Below, piece after piece: positions 39,722 to 46,776 of a DNA stretch of 46,776 nucleotides. Positions within the stretch are counted from its first letter, which is position 1, and each line of letters begins with the position of its first letter. The notes beneath the pieces were generated by a model that was given only the letters and a program-made list of their open reading frames with translations, was not told the DNA's origin and did not search any database. The translations under genes and the position numbers were made by a program. Source of the DNA: Syntrophaceae bacterium (GTDB taxonomy: Bacteria; Desulfobacterota; Syntrophia; Syntrophales; UBA4778); the NCBI GenBank assembly GCA_039680225.1, contig JBDKTK010000377.1:1-46776 (forward strand). Reading direction: 5' to 3'.

Positions 39722-40444
39722 ATGAAGAATGCCTCCGACTTCCTGCACCAGCTTCAAAACGACTCTGTATTCATAAAGAATGCAAAAGCCTGTAATTCCG
39801 ACGAGGAACGCAGAAGCCTGCTCGTGAAGGAGGCTTTCGCATTCACCCCGGAAGAACTGGATGCGGCAGTCAAATGCCTGTCCTTTTTTGACCAGGGGAA
39901 AAAGTCCAAAAGCAACGGGAACTCGAGGAAATCAAAAAGGTATGACGTATTCCTCGGCATCTCGGAACTCGACGGCAAGCCCGTCAACCAGGCCGTCATG
40001 GTCGACATCAGCTCATGGGGCGCCAAGATAGAATCTCAATTCCCCCTCAAGCCCGACAGCACAGTGGAATTCACCATCTCCCTGAAAGGAGATAAAGGCA
40101 GCGTCCAGCAATACCGCCTCGCCGGAAAGGTATTATGGGCCAGCCAGGCGCCCATTTCCAAGCGCAACCAGGCAGGCCTGCGCTTTCATAACTCGCTCGA
40201 CCAGCTCCAGGACCAGGGCAAACTCTCCCTGGAAAAACTCCAGACCTCGATCAACAGCCGTCACAGGGACATCGCGGAAAAAGAATTCCTGAGCGTCAGG
40301 GAATTCGCGGACATGGTAGGGGTCCACTGGTTCACAGTCTGGCGCTGGACCGTCGAGAGGCGCATCCAGTTCAAACAGGTCAAAACCGGCTGCAAGATCC
40401 TCATCCCCAAGTCCGAGCTGGTGCAGTTCCAGCACGCCAGTTGA
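39722..40444 (+). CDS. Nif11-like / PilZ / excisionase-type HTH fusion protein
   Basis: N-terminal FL..L.ND......FAFTPEEL; RKSKR and DISSWG PilZ motifs; C-terminal FLSVREFADMVGVH..TV.RW...ILIPKSEL. Confidence 0.75.
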   Translation: MKNASDFLHQLQNDSVFIKNAKACNSDEERRSLLVKEAFAFTPEELDAAVKCLSFFDQGKKSKSNGNSRKSKRYDVFLGISELDGKPVNQAVMVDISSWGAKIESQFPLKPDSTVEFTISLKGDKGSVQQYRLAGKVLWASQAPISKRNQAGLRFHNSLDQLQDQGKLSLEKLQTSINSRHRDIAEKEFLSVREFADMVGVHWFTVWRWTVERRIQFKQVKTGCKILIPKSELVQFQHAS

Positions 40445-40503
40445 CGCGGCAGACCGCCTCTGTTAATTTATCCCCGTTAATTTAGCTCTAGGAAAGGATT
40501 GCC

Positions 40504-40749
40504 TTGCTGAGCATGGAAGTGGTGACGTCCGTTTCTGCGGACGAAGCAATCCGGATGCTGAAAACATTTTTCCTCGGCGAAGGCCTCGACCTCGTGAGCG
40601 AAAAGGCGGACTACCTGCGTTTTGAAGGCGCCGGCGGCTTTGTGGAAGCGGGGTTGTGTCCGGACGGCGATACATTGAGGCTGAGCATTTTCACCCGGGA
40701 GTGGGATTACCAGGTAAAAAGATTTTTAACGACGCTCCCCATAATTTGA
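40504..40749 (+). CDS. Small hypothetical protein
   Basis: AGGA RBS + TTG; 81 aa; TREWDYQV..FL C-terminus. Confidence 0.65.
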   Translation: MLSMEVVTSVSADEAIRMLKTFFLGEGLDLVSEKADYLRFEGAGGFVEAGLCPDGDTLRLSIFTREWDYQVKRFLTTLPII

Positions 40750-40814
40750 GCAAATCCCCCTAAAGAGGGGTATAAATCTGCAGACTACAGGGCCTGCCCT
40801 TTTTTCGTTTTTCC

Positions 40815-41924
40815 ATGAAACGCATCCTTCACATAGACATGGACGCCTTTTTCGCCGCGGTCGAGGAAAAGCGGCGGCCGTGGCTGAAAGGCAAACCCGT
40901 CATCATCGGCGGGCAGGGCGACCCCACCAAAAGGGGCGTCGTTTCCACGGCTTCATACGAGGCGCGCAAATACGGGGTGCACTCGGCCATGCCGCTCAGG
41001 ACCGCGCACCGCCTCTGCCCCGACGGCGTGTATCTGCCGGTCGACTACCCGGAATACTCCCGCGTTTCCCGCTGCATCAAAACGATCCTCCGCAACTTTT
41101 CCGCCGTTATGGAGGATGTCGGCATCGATGAAGCCTTTCTCGATGTCTCAGCTTCGGGGCTCGCCTCGGAAGAGATTGCGCAAGGCATCAAGGAATGTAT
41201 CCGGGCGGAAACAGGCCTTACCTGTTCAATCGGGATCGCCCCCAACAAGCTCCTCGCGAAGATCGGCTCCGATTACCGGAAACCGGACGGACTCACGATC
41301 ATTGAACAGAACGGCATCGCGCAGGTGCTCGGGCCCCTGCCGGTGCGCAAGCTCTGGGGCATCGGCCCCAAGACCGAGGCGCGATTGCACGAAATGAATA
41401 TCATGACGGTCGCGGACCTCGCGGCGAAAGCGCTCGATTTCCTGCAGGACTGTTTCGGGGAATCATACGGGCATTTTCTTTACAACGCGGCCCGGGGGAT
41501 AGACGACAGCGAGCTGGTGACCCACTGGGAGCCGCGCTCGTTGAGCCGCGAGACCACTTTCCAGCACGACATTTCCAAATGGCAGGACATAGCCCGCACG
41601 CTTGCCGCGCTGGTAAAGGAAACTGTAGAGGATTTGCAGGAACGCGGCTACGTCGCGAGGACAGCGACAGTGAAGATCCGCTTCAGCGGGTTCGAGACGT
41701 TCACCCGCTCCCGGAGCATCCCGGAGGCAATCGACAATGAGGAGGCCCTCCGCAGGGCGGCTTTCGACTGCCTCGGGCGCTTTGATATCGGCGGCCCCGG
41801 CCGCCCGGGAGTCAGGCGGCGCGTGCGTCTCGTCGGATTCAGGCTCAGCAACCTGGAAAGGAAGAATGCGGAGCCCTCACCCGGCCTTCTCCTCCCCGGC
41901 GGTTTCGAACAGGACCTGGATTAA
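40815..41924 (+). CDS. dinB: DNA polymerase IV (Y family)
   Basis: HIDMDAFFA.VE, SYEARKYG, IDEAFLD, SIGIAPNK.LAK, KPDG, GIGPKT, RLVG. Confidence 0.96.
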   Translation: MKRILHIDMDAFFAAVEEKRRPWLKGKPVIIGGQGDPTKRGVVSTASYEARKYGVHSAMPLRTAHRLCPDGVYLPVDYPEYSRVSRCIKTILRNFSAVMEDVGIDEAFLDVSASGLASEEIAQGIKECIRAETGLTCSIGIAPNKLLAKIGSDYRKPDGLTIIEQNGIAQVLGPLPVRKLWGIGPKTEARLHEMNIMTVADLAAKALDFLQDCFGESYGHFLYNAARGIDDSELVTHWEPRSLSRETTFQHDISKWQDIARTLAALVKETVEDLQERGYVARTATVKIRFSGFETFTRSRSIPEAIDNEEALRRAAFDCLGRFDIGGPGRPGVRRRVRLVGFRLSNLERKNAEPSPGLLLPGGFEQDLD

Positions 41925-42478
41925 AGAAGCTCGTAAGGCTCGGCCCTTCTCGCCCATTGGCTTTGCGGGTAGCGCTCCCTTATCTGTTCGTAAGTCTCCT
42001 TGAGCCTTTCCGCCTCGTGGCTCATCTTAAAGCGGCTCACTCACCGGAGATAAAAAGCCTAGGGGGCGGCATCGCTCGCCGGGTATTTTTCCAGTATATT
42101 CTCGAACTGGCCGATAGCCTCCTCAAACCTGTCCCGGTCGAAATGCATTTTCCCGATGCCCAGTATCAGAGAGGGGATGAACTTGTCCGGGGGAAGGAAC
42201 CCCACCGTCCTGTTATGTTCATGCCCTTCCGAGTCGAGGATGATAACGGTCGGAGTCCATCTCACATTTAAATCATCCGATTCGGGCTTTTTGTCATGAA
42301 GCAGCTGCACGGGGACCAGGTTCTGCGCGATGAAATCTTTTACTTCCTGGTTGGGGTACGTAACTGCACCCATCTGTTTGCACCCGATTCACATCGGGTC
42401 GAAAAAATCGAGCAGCACGGGCTTCTGCTCCCCGCGGGCCCGGTCCAGCGCCTTATCCAGCTCACATTCCCATCGAAA
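41921..42478 (-). pseudogene. Thioredoxin-like UxxC selenoprotein with C-terminal TPR-like helices, apparently decayed
   Basis: One frame reads RWECELDKAL..KPVLLDFFDPM-TGA-IGCKQM..WTPT..DAAP-TAG-AFYLR-TGA-VSRFK..WARRAEPYELL-TAA; native start missing. Confidence 0.8.
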
Positions 42479-42751
42479 GATGACGTACAATCTGCCCGGG
42501 CAATGGAAAATGAACAGGAGCAGATATATGTGAGCATTTTGTTCACCGAAGCGGGACGAAAGAAAATCCACCTGATGACCGAAAGAAATAAAGGCAAAGA
42601 TGTCTCAATGTATTTCGTTAATAAACTTATTTGGAAAGACGTATATTTACCTGAACCGATAGACAGTCCGGACATTCAAATAACTATGCCTGATGAAGCA
42701 ACCATGAGGGAGGTAATAAACTGTTATACTAAAGGACAAAGGCCTAAATGA
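42479..42751 (+). pseudogene. AT-rich 5'-truncated fragment resembling a SecDF P1-head-like domain
   Basis: DVQSA..VSILFTEAGRKKI..MTERNKGKDVSMYF; abuts the truncated thioredoxin-like gene; ATG 42503 is an alternative start. Confidence 0.45.
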
Positions 42752-42754
42752 TTA

Positions 42755-42798
42755 AAGTTACAGGGTGCATTCGCGAAGTGTAATGCACCCTGTAACTT
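42755..42798. repeat. Perfect 17-bp inverted repeat (REP-like / terminator downstream of purQ)
   Basis: AAGTTACAGGGTGCATT-10 nt-AATGCACCCTGTAACTT. Confidence 0.75.
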
Positions 42799-42806
42799 AC
42801 AAAAAA

Positions 42807-43634
42807 TTAAAATTCGCGGCTCTTGATGAATTTCACCGCGTTCTTGAAAATCGCCAGCCCCGCTCCCTCTTCGGGGAGGTCTTCACGGGTCCAGCGCGGG
42901 TGGTTGGTGCGGTGCAGGTATGCCTCCGGGTGGGGCATCATCCCGTAGAGCCTGCCCGTTTCGTTGCAGATGCCGGCGATTGCGTCCACGGACCCGTTGG
43001 GATTCAAGGGGTACTCGTCCGTGGGCCTGCTGAAATCGGCGGTGCTGTACTGGGCCGCGACGTGGTTGCTCTTGTGCAGCCTCTTCCGGACCGCTTCGCT
43101 TGCCGGGATGAGCTTGCCCTCTCCGTGCCTGACCGGCAGGTACATACCCCTTATGCCTCTCGTGAAAACGCAGGGCGAGGCCGGGTTCATCTTGAGGTAA
43201 GCCCACCTGTCCTCGAATCTCCCGGAGTCGTTGAAGCTCAAGGTTACAGTCTGTTTGCCGTAATCGGCGTCGAACGCGGGCAGCAGCGCCAGTTTGACCA
43301 TGAGCTGGAAACCGTTGCAGATCCCCAGTATCAGTTTTCCGTCATTGATGAATTTTATAAACTGCTCGTACAGCTTTTCGCCGCCGGGCAGGACCGAAGC
43401 GTGCCTGATCCTGTTGGCGTTCGCCTTGGCCGATCCGAGGTCGTCCCCGTCCAGGAAACCTCCCGGCAGGTTCAGGAAATGATAATCGTCGAGCTTTTTG
43501 TCGCCGTAAAGAAGATCGCTGATATAAACGATGTCGACCACATCCGAGCCGGCAAGGCGGCAGGCGTGGGCCATCTCCCTTTCGCAGTTTGTCCCGTTAC
43601 CGGTAAGCACTATTGATTTAACTTTTTTCGGCAT
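42807..43634 (-). CDS. purQ: Phosphoribosylformylglycinamidine synthase glutaminase subunit
   Basis: GTNCERE, PGGFLDGD, GICNGFQ, HGEG, NPNGS, MMPHPE. Confidence 0.95.
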   Translation of the reverse strand: MPKKVKSIVLTGNGTNCEREMAHACRLAGSDVVDIVYISDLLYGDKKLDDYHFLNLPGGFLDGDDLGSAKANANRIRHASVLPGGEKLYEQFIKFINDGKLILGICNGFQLMVKLALLPAFDADYGKQTVTLSFNDSGRFEDRWAYLKMNPASPCVFTRGIRGMYLPVRHGEGKLIPASEAVRKRLHKSNHVAAQYSTADFSRPTDEYPLNPNGSVDAIAGICNETGRLYGMMPHPEAYLHRTNHPRWTREDLPEEGAGLAIFKNAVKFIKSREF

Positions 43635-43645
43635 CTTCAACCTTC

Positions 43646-46624
43646 TTAGAAGTTAAGAGGCTTTTTCCAGGCCTCTTTCAGTTCATTTAAATTTTCCCGG
43701 ATTATTTCGCTCCCGGCCAAACCTTTCACCGTGAAGAGCCCATCCGAAGAGACTTCCCCGATGCAGGCAATCATGTTGCCTTTCAGGGCGGACTCGAAGG
43801 CCTTCTTCTGTTCGGGCCTGATCGTGGCCACGAACCGGCTCTGCGATTCCGAGAACAAAATGTAGTCGTCCCTTTTGGCGCCTTCGTACGGCACTGATGC
43901 GAGGTCCGCAGAGATCCCGAGCCCGCCGGCAAAGGCGGTTTCCGCCAGGGCCACTCCGAGCCCGCCGTCGGCGCAGTCGTGGCATGACGCGATCAGGCCC
44001 TTTTTAACGGCGTCCGCCAATGACGCGTAAAGCCTTTTCGCCCTCAGCCCGTCAACCTTGGGCACGTTGTTGCCGATGAGCCCGTTCAATGCGAACCACT
44101 CCGTCCCTCCCATTTCATCGCGCGTGAGCCCGAGGACGTAGACGAGGTCGCCCGGCCTTTTGGCGTCCATGGAAACGGCCTTGCGGACGTCGTCTATTTT
44201 CCCCATGACGGAAAAGAGCAGGGTCGGCGGAATGGAAATCTTTGTATCGCCGATCTGGTAATCGTTTTTCATGCTGTCCTTGCCGGAAATGCAGGGCACG
44301 CCGTAAAGCCTGGTCAGATCATACAGTGCCTGGTTGGCCCGGACCAGCTGGGCCAGCTTGTACTCGCCGTCCGGGGTCTTTTCGGACTGCACGGGATCGC
44401 ACCAGCAGAAATTGTCGAGCCCCGCCAAGTGCTCAAGCGACCCGCCCACGGCGATGGCGTTGCGGACGGCCTCATCAATGGCGCAGGCCGCCATATGGTA
44501 AGTGTCTATGTCGCTGTAGCGCGGGCAGATGCCGTTGGCTATTACCACTCCCTCGAATGAGTCCAGGTTGGGCCGGATCACCGCGGCGTCCCCGGGGCCG
44601 TCGTTGGCTGCTCCGACAAGGGGTTTCAGGACGCTGCCTCCCTGGACCTCGTGATCGTATTGCCGGACCACGGATTCCTTGCTGCAGATGTTCAGCCGCG
44701 AGAGCATGTCCCGCAGGGATTTGCCGAGATCGGGCGGGCACGGCCTGATCTTCTCGGGCCTCAGCGGCGCTTTCCATTTCGCTTTCAATTTCAGCTGGGG
44801 AACGCCCTTATGGAGGAAAGCCATGTCGATGTAAGCGACCGTCTTCTCCCCGTACTTCATGTGGAACTTGCCGGAATCGGTGAATTTGCCGAGGACGGTC
44901 GCCTCCACGTCCATTTTTTTCGCGAGCTCCATAAATTTCCCGATCTTCTTCGGATCGACGGCCAGGCTCATCCTCTCCTGCGCTTCGGAAAGCAGTATCT
45001 CCCAGGGGTTGAGCCCCGGGTACTTGAGCGGCGCCTTGCTCAGGTCAAGCTCCGCGCCGCCGCACAGCGTCGCCATTTCGCCTATTGAGGAAGACAGTCC
45101 GCCGGCCCCGTTGTCGGTAATGGCGCGGTACAGCCCCTTGTCGCGCGCGACGAGGAGGAAGTCCGTCATTTTCTTCTGTGTGATGGGGTCACCGATCTGT
45201 ACCGCCGTCACGGGCGATCCCTCATGGAGCTCTTCGGAAGAGAAGGTTGCCCCGTGGATGCCGTCCTTGCCGATCCTTCCGCCGGTCATGACCGCCAGGT
45301 CCCCGGGGACTATCTGCTTCGTATAGGAAGGCTCTCCCCCGATCCGGGCCGGCATGATCCCGCCTGTGCCGCAATAGACGAGGGGCTTGCCGAGGAAGCG
45401 GTCGTCAAAAACGATGCACCCGTTTACCGTGGGTATCCCGCTCTTGTTGCCGCCGTGTTCGACGCCCTCGCGCACTCCTTCGTAAATCCGCCGGGGGTGG
45501 AGGATCCTTTTCGGCAGCGGCTGCGAATAAAACGGCGTGGCAAAACAGAACACGTCCGTATTGAAAATGAGCCTCGCGCCTTTTCCCGTCCCGAACGGAT
45601 CGCGGTTTACCCCGACGATCCCCGTCAGGGCGCCGCCGTACGGGTCGAGGGCCGAAGGAGAGTTGTGCGTCTCCACCTTGAACACCAGGTTATATTTGTC
45701 ATTGAACCTGATCACGCCGGCATTGTCGGTGAATACGGAAAGGCAGAAGTCCTTGGCGCCTTTCATCTTCCGGACTTCTTTGGTCGACCCTTTGATAAAC
45801 GTATCGAACAGGGAATTGATCCTTTTCGTCCTGCCGGTCTCGTCCGTGTAATCGATGAGGCTGTTGAATATCTTGTGCTTGCAGTGCTCGGACCAGGTCT
45901 GGGCAAGGCATTCCAGTTCCACATCCGTGATCTTTTCGCCCAGGCCCACCAGTTCGCGTTCCGCGATCACCTTTTTTTTCCGGAACCAGGCCTGGATGGC
46001 CTTCATTTCCTCGAGGTTGAGGGCGAGCACCCTTTGGCTGCTGATTTCCATTAGCTTGCGGTCCTGGACGGCAAGGTCAATCTCCTCGACAACGGTTGTG
46101 TCTTCCCCCGAAACACGCGGCACGTAAGGGGGCATCCCTTTCGCGGGGTCCCAGCCTTTGCCGCTCATTATTTCCCATCTCTCGATGAGTTCGTTGGCAA
46201 GCTGGCCGGTCGCAATCTTATCGATCTTTTCCGGAGTGACCGCGCCTTTGATTACGTACTGGCGCGATGTGTATACCTTGACCTTGCGCTTGTATTCTTC
46301 GCCAAGCAGGAGCTCGATCGCTTCGCGGGCAGTCTTTCCCACGTTGTCGGTCACGCCCGGGCGGAAACCCACTTCCACCAGCCAGTCAAATTCTCGGGCC
46401 AGGCCGCTGTTCACCGCGAATTCCTGGATGACCGGATCGGAAAGCGGCCCGGCGGCTATTGCCTTGAGCTGCTTTGGGGAAAGCTCGCCTTCTATTGTAT
46501 AGACATCAATTGTTTTTATCTCCTCAACAGGGATGCGGAAATTCTCCATAATCCTGAGCCTGGTCTTTTCCCCCAGGGCGTCCCTGATCCCTTTTTTGAA
46601 ACCGATCTCTATCCTGTTGACCAT
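43646..46624 (-). CDS. purL: Phosphoribosylformylglycinamidine synthase synthetase subunit with N-terminal PurS-like regions
   Basis: QTWSEHCKHK, VETHNSPS, DGIHGA, DNGAGG, SEAQERM, QYDHEV, SGKDS; GGGAG RBS before ATG 46624. Confidence 0.96.
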   Translation of the reverse strand: MVNRIEIGFKKGIRDALGEKTRLRIMENFRIPVEEIKTIDVYTIEGELSPKQLKAIAAGPLSDPVIQEFAVNSGLAREFDWLVEVGFRPGVTDNVGKTAREAIELLLGEEYKRKVKVYTSRQYVIKGAVTPEKIDKIATGQLANELIERWEIMSGKGWDPAKGMPPYVPRVSGEDTTVVEEIDLAVQDRKLMEISSQRVLALNLEEMKAIQAWFRKKKVIAERELVGLGEKITDVELECLAQTWSEHCKHKIFNSLIDYTDETGRTKRINSLFDTFIKGSTKEVRKMKGAKDFCLSVFTDNAGVIRFNDKYNLVFKVETHNSPSALDPYGGALTGIVGVNRDPFGTGKGARLIFNTDVFCFATPFYSQPLPKRILHPRRIYEGVREGVEHGGNKSGIPTVNGCIVFDDRFLGKPLVYCGTGGIMPARIGGEPSYTKQIVPGDLAVMTGGRIGKDGIHGATFSSEELHEGSPVTAVQIGDPITQKKMTDFLLVARDKGLYRAITDNGAGGLSSSIGEMATLCGGAELDLSKAPLKYPGLNPWEILLSEAQERMSLAVDPKKIGKFMELAKKMDVEATVLGKFTDSGKFHMKYGEKTVAYIDMAFLHKGVPQLKLKAKWKAPLRPEKIRPCPPDLGKSLRDMLSRLNICSKESVVRQYDHEVQGGSVLKPLVGAANDGPGDAAVIRPNLDSFEGVVIANGICPRYSDIDTYHMAACAIDEAVRNAIAVGGSLEHLAGLDNFCWCDPVQSEKTPDGEYKLAQLVRANQALYDLTRLYGVPCISGKDSMKNDYQIGDTKISIPPTLLFSVMGKIDDVRKAVSMDAKRPGDLVYVLGLTRDEMGGTEWFALNGLIGNNVPKVDGLRAKRLYASLADAVKKGLIASCHDCADGGLGVALAETAFAGGLGISADLASVPYEGAKRDDYILFSESQSRFVATIRPEQKKAFESALKGNMIACIGEVSSDGLFTVKGLAGSEIIRENLNELKEAWKKPLNF

Positions 46625-46692
46625 TGTTTCTCCCGTTATTTCATATATAAAATGCATCTGAAAAAAAGCTGATTGTTTTGTCGCCGCATACA

Positions 46693-46749
46693 AGGGGCGG
46701 GTTAAAAAACCCGCCCGATCGAATTATGCCGGGCCTGAGTCCCGCCCCT
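46693..46749. repeat. REP-like palindrome upstream of purL
   Basis: GGGCGGGTT-AAAA-AACCCGCCC hairpin plus a further CCCGCCCCT half-site at 46741-49. Confidence 0.45.
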
Positions 46750-46776
46750 GCCGAACGGACGAACACAAAACATTTC

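Noticed and set aside
39722-39880. Nif11-type RiPP precursor
   Set aside because: No double-Gly cleavage site or core peptide, fused to PilZ/HTH, and no modifying enzymes or transporter nearby.
40276-40444. Prophage or ICE excisionase
   Set aside because: The HTH is part of a multidomain protein, and there is no integrase or att-like context in the window.
42041-42061. Pyrrolysine (TAG) or second Sec (TGA) read-through in the thioredoxin-like gene
   Set aside because: The positions correspond to ordinary Glu/Gly in a TPR-like helix, each one substitution away, and the gene also lacks its start; decay or sequence error is simpler.

Overview
A GC-rich bacterial chromosome segment whose gene content looks like Desulfobacterota (Deltaproteobacteria, possibly Syntrophales-like); the taxonomy is an inference. 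The housekeeping backbone comprises ispB, rimO, ftsK, plsC, ssb, tatA, rodZ, suhB, trpB2, rarA, ElyC/YdcF, guaA, pyrG, dinB, purQ and purL. Accessory or unusual blocks: (1) an AT-rich minus-strand cassette at 1-2414 resembling a toxin with membrane paralogues; (2) a ~10 kb block at 8883-18942 of almost exclusively exported proteins, including a BPTI/Kunitz protein with P1 Lys, a caspase-family lipoprotein, two paralogous TPR proteins and an internally duplicated protein; (3) a KamA radical-SAM + 2x ATP-grasp + GNAT operon, preceded by a structured intergenic element carrying a divergent 34-aa sORF; (4) a complete Trp-leader attenuator (WWW peptide, antiterminator, terminator) in front of trpB2 that the ORF track misses; (5) a GlmU-like gene followed by a giant GlmS-like gene with an internal catalytic Cys; (6) a Nif11-PilZ-HTH fusion; (7) a decayed UxxC thioredoxin-like selenoprotein gene with a candidate SECIS. 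I found no rRNA, tRNA, CRISPR array, transposase or integrase. All calls are from motif recognition by eye; no searches were run.
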